From contig CM068745.1 of NCBI GenBank assembly GCA_035084275.1, positions 41,912,001 to 41,976,000 of the forward strand: DNA of 64,000 bases, read 5' to 3'. The number at the start of each line of letters is the position of its first letter. The first letter of the stretch is position 1. This document shows, in pieces, positions 1-12,083 of this stretch. Source of the stretch: Hydrolagus colliei. Its lineage: Eukaryota. Made by a program: the position numbers and the translations under genes. The notes below the pieces were generated by a model. The model was not told the origin of the DNA, did no database searches, and saw nothing but the letters and a program-made list of their open reading frames with translations.

Positions 1-709
1 TTTTTTCCCTTTATTTTCTTTACATTACTCATCATTATTTTAGGCTTCATAAGCTTTGATATATACTGTATATACAGTATAAATATATATATAGTGTATA
101 TGTGTGTGTGTGTATCAATTGCTATCCTGTTAAGCAACACTTAAATGTTGCTTCTAGAATTAAAGAAAAACTTGTGCAGGCTTTTCTCTCTGACATTTTT
201 TTAAAAATACAAAAAAGTCAGGCGTGTTTATTTCCTTCAGCAATCCTAGGAATAATTTCAGAACAGATTCTCTCTTCTCTGGTATTTCTCATGAATCTCG
301 TGATTCATGAAGCATAGATAAAGTCTCGATAACTCATGTTCCACTATAGTGCAACACCCCCAAAACCACAAACAGTATTCAAGGTGTACCCTAGCCAACA
401 TCTTCTCAAAAATATCTTACTCAAAACGTTTTTACTTTTGAATTCAATAACCCTACATATAAAAATCAGAATCCTGTTGTCCTTTAACTGCCTTCGCTAC
501 CTTTCAATGATCCTTTGTAATTTGTACATCCACATGTTTCTCCATTACATTCAGAATTGTACCTCTTTGAATCTTTTTTTGTCCTTAGAGAATGTGTTAA
601 CTATTAGAGGAATCAACATGTTCAGGCAAAGAATACTGTATACTGTGTATAGTAAATTAGTCCTGGAATATCAAACATGTAAAGTATTAAATTCGACATG
701 AAAAGCAAC

Positions 710-1053
710 TAATAATAAAAATCCTTGCACTTGACACCTGCTCGGTGCTTTGAGACGTCTCAAAGCATTTCACAGAATATACTGTAAAGTGAATTAACTG
801 TATTTTGTGGGCAGATCTCAGCAGCTAAATATGTACTGCAGTGTTCCATAAGCAGTCATGGATTGATTGACCAAATTATTATTATTATTTTTGAAGGAAT
901 TAGTATGTCCGGAAATGTGATCTGCCAGTCGACTAACAACCGGGTTCCTACTTACTGCTCGGTAAACAGTGTATGGAGCAAAGAAACTTGCCCAATGTTT
1001 CACCTTGCGGAATGCGGCTCCTCTAGCTTGCAAGTGAGCTAACCACTAAGCTA
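710..1053 (-). mobile_element. tRNA-derived SINE with Deu-domain-like core
   Basis: Reverse complement reads tagcttagtggttag.. (tRNA-like head), conserved core and ..aaggatt(att)n tail; many copies in the window. Confidence 0.7.
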
Positions 1054-1824
1054 AATTATCCACCTATTTGTGGGCTCAGGTTTCTGATCAAATCCATTTA
1101 CAGTAGAAAACTACTTGGGAAAGAAGGGTGCTGAAAATTCCAGCTCAGTACAAAGCTGCTGTTTGACCACAGAAGAAGGAATCAGTAAAGGTTGACTGAC
1201 CATAATGCTATTGCTTTTGTTTTATGCTCTGACTGTGGTATACACAGAAATTTCTGCAAAATAAAGATGTAAACCACAATTTGTTTGTTGAGTTGTGCAA
1301 GACTAATAGAGTATTTTGTCTTCTGAAAAATACAAGACTTGTTAATCATGCATGAAAAATAGTCTAAAATAGTGAGCAAGTGGTCTAGATCAGTCCAAGG
1401 GAGACAAGAGTATAATGACAATTGAAATGAAACATTTGAATTTATTTTGCACTTCACTTATTTTAACAACACTCTCAACCATTGCAACATTAGCAACCGT
1501 GCAACTGTTTTCAGGATATATCAGCAGACTGTGCAAAGGTGCAATTTGCTGGCAGAGATGTTAAATTGTAGTGGAAAATAAAGGTTGACATTACTTTATG
1601 CCCTATTCTCCTTAAGAACAAAACTATAATTAGGTTTTCTTCAATTATGATTCACTAGCTACTTTCAAACTTTCATCTTATGTGCTTGAATAGTTTAAAA
1701 ATATACAACTTCACACTTCTCTATATTGATATGCACAACAGTTCTTTGTAGTGAGAGGATGTGTTACCCATCAGAAGTATCAATATGTTAGAGCAAAGGA
1801 TACTGTAGCTTTGGAAAAGTCTTG

Positions 1825-2000
1825 TAGCATAGTGGTTAGAGTACCTGTCCTGGAAACAAGAGGATCTGGGTTCAATTTCCAAGCAAGGCGGAACATCAGG
1901 CAAGTTTCTTTATTCCACATGCCTCTGTTTACCCAGGTCCTTAAAGCGCTCTGAGACGCAGCCCAGTGTGGACGGAGCTATATAAATGCAAGTTGTTGTT
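1825..2000 (+). mobile_element. tRNA-derived SINE with L2-type tail
   Basis: tagcatagtggttagag head; ..gctatataaatgcaagttgttgtt tail. Confidence 0.6.
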
Positions 2001-2013
2001 AGTTACTTAGCAG

Positions 2014-2325
2014 TAGGGTCCGTTGATATGGAAATTTTCCGATTTACATATATCGACGGGCTCATATCGATATATACCGATATATCGGGGTTTTGTTGTG
2101 CTGCGCATGCGCACGCGCATTCGGAGGTGCCCGCGCATTCAGGAGGCAAATATCTTTCTCTCTGTTTGTCTCTCACACTCACTCTCTCCATCTCTCTCTG
2201 TCTGGTCACCCCCTCCCTCCCTCTCCCACCACCCCCACCCCCGGTCTCCCCCTCCCTCTCCCCACCCCCACCCCCGGTCTCCCCTTCCCTCTCTCCCCCC
2301 CCCCCCCCCAGTCTCCCCCTCCCTC
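2014..2325 (+). mobile_element. 5' fragment of the CGATAT-rich hAT-type MITE
   Basis: Starts TAGGGTCCGTTGATAT like the copies at 8748 and 11371; CT-rich interior; right end missing. Confidence 0.7.
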
Positions 2326-2819
2326 TTTGAGATGTTTCAACCAGATGATAACCTGTTATATCAAATGCAAGGATTATTATTTTTAGTGAAGTGGTCTTAT
2401 TCTTATTCTTATTATTTAGTGAAGCGGTCCTAGGGTTAAAAACTTGAAGTTTCTAGGATGCTCACAAAAGTATATATTTTAATTATTTTACATTTTAGCG
2501 ACAAGTACTGTATACCTTATTTGAGTTTGAATTTGTGTATTTTATCAAGGTGAAATTGAAATAAATATATGGAAAATACATGCTGTACAGGATTTGAAAG
2601 GGTTATTTTTGCTTGTTTAAAACAACCAACCTTGGGTGTTCTACCAGCAACACAAAATACTACTGTGGGATGTTACCATTGACCCCAATGTTAATGATGG
2701 GTATCATTAAAATCTCAAACTGAATATATTATTTATATTCTTACGTTCAGACAATTGTCAGCCTGTGTGTGGTTTTATTTTTTCGGTGCATTTCCTCTCT
2801 TCCTTCCGCTCACCGTTCC

Positions 2820-2828
2820 ATATTTAAG
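2820..2828 (+). promoter_or_regulatory. TATA-like element upstream of IgV gene 1
   Basis: TATTTAAGC about 100 nt before the ATG at 2919. Confidence 0.3.
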
Positions 2829-2918
2829 CAGAGGTGAGAGACAGTTACATCGTAAATGTTTTTGTGCAATATCTGTGTCTTCTCCAAAGCAGCAGCCAGT
2901 GTGAACCACCGACTCCTG

Positions 2919-2964
2919 ATGATCTGGGCTGTGTTGGCTGTGGTGGCTACCTGCTGGTTGCCAG
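2919..2964 (+). CDS. IgSF gene 1 exon 1, signal peptide (MIWAVLAVVATCWLP)
   Basis: ATG plus hydrophobic leader; ends CCAG|gtaaat in phase 1, in frame with exon 2. Confidence 0.8.
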
Positions 2965-3064
2965 GTAAATTACTCCCACCAGCCTGCAGGCAGATCGATT
3001 ACCTTTTGTGGTGACCTTTCAGCTAACTAAGTGAAGTAACCTTTGCCTGATTGATCTCTTGCAG

Positions 3065-3391
3065 ATGTGTTGCTGGCAGCTCAACTCAACCTAGTAATGA
3101 ACGTCACCATTGGCGAGAACCTGTTCCTCCCAGTCCCGGCCACGGCCAGAGCTGAGACTGTGGAGTGGAAATACTCCAGCTCCTCTGGACTGCGATCAAT
3201 TGCAAACTTCTACACGCATCAAAATAATTCTGGCAAAGTCTTTGGTGATTATTTGTACCGTGTTGTTCTGCAGCCCAATGCTTCTCTCTGGCTGCTTCAC
3301 CTGAGGTTGGACGATGCGGGAGAATATTCCTGTATCACCACATATCAGAGTGGCCAAGAACTCGTCCAGGTCATCACAGTGAACGTCTTCG
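3065..3391 (+). CDS. IgSF gene 1 exon 2, V-set Ig domain (CD2/SLAM/CEACAM-N-like, no B-strand Cys)
   Basis: ttgcag| acceptor and G|gtaagt donor, phase 1-1. VEW C-strand Trp; NASLWLLHLRLDDAGEYSC E-F strand motif (ORF 3067..3429). Confidence 0.88.
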
Positions 3392-4096
3392 GTAAGTGTA
3401 GCTTCTTTGTCGATGAAAGAGCTCGTTAAAATAATAACCAGTAAAGATCAGAATCATAGCAATCTTCATAAACAACAAACACAGCTTTGAATAGATATAC
3501 TGTATATGTATACAGTTTATATATTTAAAATAGAAGAAAACTATCCAATCTATCAGTTTTATTGTAAACCATGAGTGAAAATGATCTCACCTGCCATGAT
3601 AACACCACTATCGAAGTGTAACATTGTAAGGTTATTAATTATGATGAATGACACTTTTTAAGTTGCTTTAACACACCCAGTGACTGGAGCTGTCGGGTGG
3701 AAGGCGACTCATTCTAGAGGCTGTAACCTATCTGCCTTCGTTCCCGCAAGTGAAACAAATGGTAAGAATGACTTTCCCCTTGCAAAGTGTTTCTTTTTCT
3801 GACATTTTCATTACTAGTGTGAGGGAGAAGAGTGGGGAGGACTCAACACGATTCAAGCACCAGCCTGTTGAAGCAATAATAATCCAATGTTTATTTGAGG
3901 GCTCTGTCTTATATTGCTATGAACTTGTCTGCCTTTTTTTTCCACATTGCATAGGAACATTAATTTGATTAGTTAATTTCAGGTGATATTACATTTTTTC
4001 GACACGTGGTTGTATTGGTAACTTACCAAGCAGACTTTACTTGTGTAATAAACCTGACAAGGCATTTTTTCTCAGTGGAAATCTTGCATTTTGCAG

Positions 4097-4225
4097 GTTG
4101 TCCCATGGTAAACCAAGTTAACATTGCAGCATTCAGCGCAGCCGCTGCAGCAACAGTGTTTATGATGTTTGCTGTGATAACTTGGGTCATTGTGAGATGT
4201 CGCAGGAGCAGATCAACTGGTCGAG
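4097..4225 (+). CDS. IgSF gene 1 exon 3, transmembrane segment
   Basis: ttttgcag| acceptor and CGAG|gtgag donor. IAAFSAAAAATVFMMFAVITWVIV followed by basic RCRRSR. Confidence 0.82.
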
Positions 4226-4314
4226 GTGAGAAATCCTACTAAAATACAAAACAAACACATTTGGATTCCATCAGAAAGGGACCTAGTAAACTTGTCACAA
4301 GAAGGAGGGTGCCA

Positions 4315-4582
4315 TAGCTTAGTGGTTAGAGCACTAGCCTCGCTAACGAGAGATCTGCGTTTGATTTCCCGCCGGGTAAACCATTGGCTAAGTTTCTTTA
4401 CTTCACACACCTCTGTAAGTAGGAAGCCTTTTAATCCACTATTGTTTGTGGGACATTGTGGTGCACAATTGGCTACTGCGTTTGCCCACAAAATGTACAG
4501 TCAACTGACTTTACAGTATATTCTGTGAAGCGTTTTAAGACATCACAATAAGGAACTATATTAAATGCAAGGATTATTATTA
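4315..4582 (+). mobile_element. Deu-core-like tRNA SINE
   Basis: tagcttagtggttagagc head; tgtgggacattgtggtgcacaattggctactgcg core; aaatgcaaggattattatt tail. Confidence 0.75.
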
Positions 4583-4767
4583 ATATATTTCCACCCAGTC
4601 TTAGATTGTAAGACCATTTCATTAAAAAAAAGACAGTATATTTTATTTATGTATAATTTTCAATTCAGCTTTAATTTAGAAGTTGCTTCTTTGCAAGTGA
4701 GGAAAACCAGCTTCCAAATTATTACTGAATTTAACAATTGTTCAGAACTCTGAAGCATCTTAAATTT

Positions 4768-5082
4768 TAATAATAAAAATAATCCTTGCATTTGATATAG
4801 CGTTTTTCACATCTTCTACATGTCTCAAAGCGCTTCACAGAATATACCGTAAAGTGAATTGATTGTATATTTGTGGGCAAAAAGTGGCAGCCAAATGTGC
4901 ACAGCAGTGTCCCACAAACAGTCGTGGGTTGAAATGACCAATTAGTTATTGTTTTATTCGAGGGATTATTATTAGGCATGTGGAGTAAGGAAACGTGCCC
5001 AAGGTTTCGTCCTGATCTGCCTGGATTCGAATACAGGTCTCACGTTTGTAAGGTGAGTACTCTAACTGTTGAGCTACAGGAC
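4768..5082 (-). mobile_element. Deu-core-like tRNA SINE
   Basis: Reverse-complement copy of the same family. Confidence 0.75.
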
Positions 5083-6679
5083 TCCACAATGATTCACAAT
5101 TGTCCCTGTTTCTCACAGAAATTTTATGACATGCTTCAACAGTAATTTTACCTTGTCTTATCCTGTTTATTATTCTTATTTTGTAGAAGATGCACACTAT
5201 GTATTGATGAAAAAGTAACCTAATGAGCAAGGCAGGCAACAAAACTCAAATATTACAAGCATAAGAAATTAAGATGACTATGACTCAAATGATTTATTTC
5301 CTATAATAGGTTGGTTCTCAACCGTTTAAGATTGGCTCCCCAAAACAGCTTGGGATTGTCAGGAAAATAGGGATGCTGATTTGTGGTGGGGTTGGGGGAA
5401 GACTCCAATTCATGTGTTGTGCTGAAAAGCATAAAACATCGGCACATTTAAAAACCCTGTCAGGCTGAAATGGAACTTCTGAATAGGCTGCACATCGGGA
5501 GCCCATCATAGGGTCACTCAGGAAAGTTTCCTGATTTTCCACAAACCCAGTGCAGTGCGTCCCTTGTTTACACTGGTAAATCCTTAACAATAATACTTGC
5601 ATTTGTTATAGCACATTATTACACAGTTGAAATGCCTTCAAGCGCTTTGCAGAATATACTGTAAAAAATGTTGTGCAAGATGCCGCACTCAATTGTCCAC
5701 AGCAGGGTCTCACAAACAGCTATGGATTGAGTAACTTATTTAAAATAATAACCATAATAAAATCGCACAAAGGTTTGCCAGATATGGACAAGTGAACACC
5801 TTTCTCAAATGCTGATGTGGACATCCAACTTGCAGTTAGTAGAAACACAGACTCTTGCCTAACAAATTACTTACTATAAAGTCGTGATTATTACAATTGT
5901 CAGTTGAATGTGTTATCTGTCTCATGACTGTCGGCATTGAGAATGGTGTCAGGGTCGCCTCCGACATATTAGGTTAATTCTTCTTCGGTACTTTACGAAT
6001 TTCGAAATGTTAACCATGTGTCAAACCTGCGGTAAGAAGGCAAATCAACCCATGCTTACTGCTCCTTGACGTAATTCTTACCACAGATATAATTGACTCA
6101 TAGATGATGAATACAGAATCCTTTACATTACCTGCAATGCAGTGGGTTTCATTGCGTGCAAAACTTATCCAACCAAATAGTGAACTCATACTGAGAACAC
6201 ACAATAATAGTACCTCTTATGTCCCTGCAAAATTGACAGTAATCAGACTAGTATAACGGTATAATGGAACAACCCAGAAAATGGTGGAAGTTGAGCCATT
6301 AGAATTCATGCTGATAAGTTTTTATTACAACAAAGGCAATCATGAACACAAATAATTTAAGGAGAAACACAAACCAAACTACTGTACAATAGCACTGGCA
6401 AGGTGGAATAATGAACTCCATTCCCTTTATAATCTGCTTTTGCATTCAATCTGTCTATGGTGTTTTTTAGGATCTGCTCCTCTTCTTAGCTCTACTGTCT
6501 CAGATAGTTGGGGCAAACTATAAAGTCAGACCATTGTTTGTTTGATGGGAGAAGTACTGTATGATGTTTATGTCCAGCTGCCTCCATTTGCTCGGAGTGT
6601 AGTTGGAGGCCCGGGGATCATCAAATTATCTAACAGTGATTATCCGAAATTCACCACCGTGACTTTCTGGGCTCTGCTA

Positions 6680-7010
6680 CCCCAGTCAATCTATACAGTG
6701 CTTCTTTGGCAACGTTGTACCAAAGATCACAATCTCAAATTCCTCACACTCCCTGGCACTTCCCAACTTTTCTGACCTGCTCACTCCCCAAACCAACACC
6801 CAGAGCATTCGCTCAACAGGCACCGGCCTCCTAAACGTCCCTCGCACCCTCCACCCCACCCTTGGAGGTCGCGCTTTCAACCACTACGCCCCAGAACTCT
6901 GGAGCACTCTCCCTGAATGCCCCCGCTTGCCTCCCTCTCTTCCCCTTTTCAAGTTCCACCTGAATACTGTACCTTCCTCTTCGACTGGACTTATGCCATC
7001 TCCCACTGTG
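6680..7010 (+). mobile_element. L2 LINE 3' fragment
   Basis: Degenerate ..RAF....P.LW..LP-type ORF2 end. Confidence 0.6.
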
Positions 7011-7427
7011 ATGTATCACAGAAAGGAAGGAATCAGGTATGTGTCCACAAGTCACCAGTTTGTAAGTTCACAATTGCAGCCTTCAGTAGGAGAAATCAAG
7101 TAGAGGCCATTTGTTTCAATCCTGAAGTGTTTTTCAGAAATTTGGGGTCAAATGCAATAATCCGAAACATGAGCCACATATGTACCAGTGTAAACTACAT
7201 GTATCTTTCTCAAGAGCCATTCTCCAGAATGATCTGTCACACAATAGTAAGTGCTCTAATAGGCTCAAAGAGAAACCTCTCACTGGACCTTATAATCTGT
7301 CTAAATTCATTCTTCAATATATGTTTATATATGATTCTAAATGAAGTTACAGATAAAGAACAACAAAACAACTTTTCATGTCGAGAGGATGTGCAAAGGT
7401 GAATTGTAATTTTTTGTGTGTTTACAG

Positions 7428-7513
7428 ATAATAGAAAAAACAGTAACGAGTCGCATGAAAAGGAAACGATTCCGAATAATGAAACCTATGAAAGCATGGG
7501 GAGAGTACAATAA
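7428..7513 (+). CDS. IgSF gene 1 probable last exon, cytoplasmic tail DNRKNSNESHEKETIPNNETYESMGRVQ*
   Basis: tttttgtgtgtttacag| acceptor; phase 1 is open to TAA and contains YESM. Four exons total 588 nt (195 aa). Additional small exons cannot be excluded. Confidence 0.55.
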
Positions 7514-8539
7514 TAATAATCCTTGCATTTGATATAGAAATAATAGAAAAATATATTTGACTCAATTATGCCAGATAATCCAGATCCTGTCTCTCCCACC
7601 AAAAACAAACAAGTTGAATTACTGATTTTACAAAATATATTACAAGGACGATCAAAATGGTGACAAAACGTTGTGTAGATAATATACTAATTTGTATTTT
7701 CTTTTGCCATTTCCATTATCCAATATCCATTAATGGAACGAAGAAAAACATTGAGCAAAGTGAGCAAAGTGAGCAAAGTTCTCTGCTCTATTGTGATGCT
7801 CTGTTGGCTGCTGCCAGCATTATTTGATACAGAGAATACAAAAATACATTTATAATGGCATTTTGGTCACTGGGTTGTTGATGACTGTTAAGTTAGATGA
7901 TTAGATATTTCTAAAGGTAATTTCTGCAGCATCAGTAATAGCTCCTGGAGCTTATTTCTGGACTTCATATGAGAAATCAGGAGGACCTCTTTAAAACACA
8001 AAGGTCAATACATAGATATATAGAAGAAAAGAATGGAAAAAGGGGTAGGGGCTCATCAAGTCCACTTATAAAATATTTCCAACCCATGGTTCTTACTACA
8101 CTTCTCTTCTGTTGTGGAGTGTATCTGAGCTAATTGAACCTTTAGATTGTGCCTGGAATTGTGCAATTTTCTCCAATATGTATATACTTTTTTTTAATTG
8201 CATTTCCCAAGGCAATGGTTAAATTAAGGCTAGTAGTTTAGTTTCCAACCTTTACATCAGTTTTTATGGCCTTTTTTCCAGCCAAGCAGCAGCTCCAACT
8301 GGTGTATTGGGTAGCGATGAGTTTGTGAATAACGAGCTCATTTATTCAATTCCTATTTCATGCCGAGTTTACTAGAATCAGCCTGGAGACTAAATTGCCA
8401 GTCAACGATTAGGAAGTGGCAAAATGGATAGGATTCCTGCTCCTCATCTATCTGAAGCACTCTCCAGAACAAAAAATTGCAGTTATGTGGCACCTTTCAG
8501 ATCAGGAGGACATCCCTAGGTGCTGGACAGTGAACAACA

Positions 8540-9730
8540 ATAACAACCACAACAACAAAATTGCACTTCTATAGCACCTTTCACGTCGGGAAGACGTCCC
8601 AAAGTGCTGAACAGTCAGGTCGGGACCCAAGGGGAGGGTCGGGGTAGGGGGAAGGGGAAGGAGAATGGGAGAGGGGGAAGAGTTGGTGGGGCAGCCGAAG
8701 TCGCGGTTGAAGAGGACGGTCTTGAAATCGGCCTTGAAGGAGGAAAGTAGGGTCCGCCGATATGGAAATTTTCCGATATCGATATATCGGTGGTCTCACA
8801 TCGATATATCCGATATATACCGATATATGCCGATATATACCGATATATGCCGATATATACCGATATATCGATATTGCCAGGTTTCTTTATCCTGTGTATG
8901 CGCACGCATTCGGAGGTGCGCGTGCATTCCGATATGCGTGCGCATTCCGTGCTCTAGGCCCAGGAGGTTTGCAATGCCGGCGACAAGGTAAGTTGAAAAA
9001 GTTCACATTATATCGAAAATCCGATATATCGATATATCGCCAGACACAATATACTGATATTTTTTTATACCGAATTTTTCGATATACAAATATATTTAAA
9101 TTTCCAATATCGGCATATCGATATGAAAAATTATATCGATATAACCGATATATCGATATATTGCCGGATACTAGAGGAAAGGGAGGAAGCAAGGCGGGGG
9201 GGCTGCGGGATGGAGTTCCACAGTGTGGGAGTAGAGTGGCTGAAAGCCCAGCCACCGATGGTTGGGCGATTAGGGCGGTGGATGCGGAGCAGGCCGGAAT
9301 CTGTTGAACGGAGGGTGCGGGCAGGCTGGTAGGTCAGAGAGATAGGCGGGGGCAAGGCCGTGAATGGCCTTGAAAGGAAAGTGAGAACAAGGATCTTGAA
9401 TTTGATTCTCTGGGTGACGGGGAGCCAGTGAAGATGCGCGAGGTTGGGAGTGATGTAGTCGCGAAGCCTGGTGTGGGAGAGTACACGAGCTGCAGAATTC
9501 TGAATGATCTGCAGCCTGTGAAGGGAGGAGCTGGGGAGGCTGACGAGGAGAGAGTTCATATAGTCGAGCCTGGAAGTGATAAAGGCATGGATGAGAGTTT
9601 CGGCGGCATGGGGGTTAAGGTAATGGCAGAGTCTGGCAAGAGTGTGTACCCAAGCTGGAGGATGGAATCAAGGTGGGTGGAGGGCAAGGGGGTACGGTAA
9701 GGGAAGGGCAGAAAGGCTAAAGCTCAAACG
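8540..9730 (-). mobile_element. L2 LINE 3' fragment, split by a hAT MITE
   Basis: ORF 9131..9559: LHWLPVTQRIKFKILVLTF..TIGGWAFSHSTPTLWNSIP. Confidence 0.8.
8748..9173 (+). mobile_element. Non-autonomous hAT-type MITE with subterminal CGATAT repeats
   Basis: TAGGGTCCGCCGATAT left end with imperfect TIR; 8-bp TSD GAGGAAAG at 8740-8747 and 9174-9181. Confidence 0.88.
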
Positions 9731-11370
9731 CCGATGGAGGAGCAGCAGGGAGGAGGATGTGAAACAACCGAGAGTCCGCTGAGCAGATGATGCTCAGCAC
9801 TCTGGGTTGTACCATAATTCTACAAGGTGTGTGTGGCTGACACAGCTGTGATGCCCTCCCAAGTCTTGCAATCTTCTAAAACAATACCCATTTGGGTGGT
9901 GGTAGGAGCAAAGGAAAACAGAAGGCAACCAAAGCACACAGAATCGCAAACTAATCATGGCAAGAAAAAAGAAACAATATAATTAGAAACAATATAAATT
10001 ACTTAAGGATTATTATTATAGAATGAAAAGGACCCAAAAGCAATAGAACCAGAAATATAATTTCTGTCTTGAGAATGTTCCATTTTCAGTTGTAATATGC
10101 CACAATAAATAGCCAAACAATATCCTTCAGACATATCTGTTGCTTCATATTATATTTTTACCAGCCATAAAGTGGTTATTTACTGGTCTTTATATAAAAG
10201 GCACAGAGCATATGACAAAGGTAGGAGTAATAAATAATACATGTACACATGATTTTGAGGAAAATTTGCAACAATTTCTTGGGCTAATATTCACAAGGTT
10301 CCATTAATGTAGCATGTATTAATTTCTTGGGGGTCTAATTTTACAATCTGAGTATTAAAAAAATATTTTGCTTGGCTGATATTTTATCAAATAGCTTCAG
10401 TAAAACTATATGTTACTTGTACTGTAAACAGAAAACTGTCCTAGCAGATTTCATTCTTTTCAATGAATGCTCCAAACATCTATCTTTCATCTTTTAATAC
10501 TGTAAACATTAAAGAGCTGTGAAACAAAATCTTCTGCTAGTATTATGTTCCTGGTTTACAATTCTCAGTTAATATAACAAGTTATGGTCAATCAAACCTC
10601 TCTGCATTACAGGTGGTTTACAATAGCGCGGTTCAAAGAGTAAACCTTTCATTTGATTTATTAACCAGTGAAGTTCTGTGCTATAAAAATCAAGGTACAG
10701 TATAAATGTCATTGCCAAGTAGGCATGAATGGTGATGGGTCAACAACATTGGCCAAACTGACTCCACTTCCTGAACTGTTTTCCATAAATCATTGTTTCT
10801 AAACTCTTGAGTTTAGCTGTTAATATCTGATCTACTGCTCAACTGGAATTAATATTCAGATTAAAAGGTTGAAGGAATACAGAGCTGTCCTACATGTTTA
10901 GCGTCCCTGATAGTGTTCTGAATTGGCCCCTCACACCCAGTTATTGCTGCAGTGAGTGGGGGAAGAGCTGGGTCTGATAAACCACTAATTTTAACAAGTT
11001 TCTGTTGCGACAGAACATCAAGTGGATCATTTTACATCCACTTTCATATTTCACATCCATCTGGTTTATCTGCAGTTTAACAAAGGGGGAGCAACATATT
11101 TTGAAAGTTATATTTACAAAGCCCTTCGTCTGTTCTGGATACTCCAGCATGGTGATGGGTTCCTGTATGTGGCAGACACACAAACTGATCAGAAGAATGG
11201 TGTTTCATCCAAAACAATTAGGATCCTGATTATAACCGAACCACAAATAGCTAACAGTCCCCAGTCCCCATTTAGCACTGACATCATGCCAGGCTTGTGA
11301 GCAGGAGATTGGCTGGTCAGCCAGAATGGCTCTAGCAAATATTTCTAAACCTTGTTTGAAACCTTACTAT

Positions 11371-12083
11371 TAGGGCCCGTCGATATGGGAAAATTCCGAT
11401 ATGGATATATCAGTTGGCTCATATCGATATATACCGATATATCGATATTTTGGGGGATTTTCTACTACGCATGTGCGCGCATTCGGAGGTGCATGCGCAC
11501 TCGGAGGTGCGCGCGCATTCGGGACCTATCTTCTCAGGAGGTAAATATCTCTCTCTCTCTGTGTCTCTCACACTCACTCTCTCCATCTCTCTCTCTCTCT
11601 ATGTCTCTCTCTCTGGTCTCTCCCTCACTCTCCCCTCCCCACCCCGTCTACCCCTCCCCCCCGTCTCTCCCTCACTCTCCCCCCCACCCCTGTCTCTCCC
11701 TCCCTCCCCACCCCCCGTCTCTCCCTCCCTCTCCTCCCCCGTCTCTCCCTCCCTCTCCCCCTACCCCTTGTATACCTGTATATTGTATTCGAGGACTACG
11801 AATACAATATGGCGGCTTGCACCTTGGTCTGTGCATTGTGTAGAGATGAGCATTCTGGGTCTTGTAGTTCAGTGTGCGCTCATTCGGGGTGCGCGCGCAT
11901 TCGGATGTGCGCACGCATTCCATGCTCTAGGCCCAGGAGGTTGCAATGCCGGTGACAAGGTACCAATTGTTTTTTTATATTGAATTTTTCGATATATCGA
12001 TATATTTTAAATTCCGATATCGGCATATCGATATGAAAACTATATCGGATATAACCGATATATTGACATATCGACAGGCCAAA
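11371..12083 (+). mobile_element. Non-autonomous hAT-type MITE, same family
   Basis: TAGGGCCCGTCGATAT ... ATATCGACAGGCCAAA; 8-bp TSD CTTACTAT at 11363-11370 and 12084-12091. Confidence 0.88.

Noticed and set aside
5187-5218. Possible alternative last exon of gene 1 (EDAHYVLMKK*) after ttttgtag
   Set aside because: Very short, no independent support; could easily be chance.
8615-9307. Long Tyr/Ile/Arg-rich ORFs (also 11352-12233 and 1986-2433)
   Set aside because: They are translations of the CGATAT and CT repeats of the hAT MITE, not genes.
9787-9826. Signal-peptide-like MMLSTLGCTIILQ|gtgtgt resembling the CD200-like exon 1
   Set aside because: Wrong position relative to the homologous flank blocks, weak donor and no downstream Ig exon.
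11022-11300. Recurrent MDHFT..GGATYFESY ORFs (also 22934 and 49631)
   Set aside because: Shared only because the flank is duplicated; lengths and C-termini differ, the ATG frame is not reported for copy B, and there is no recognisable domain.
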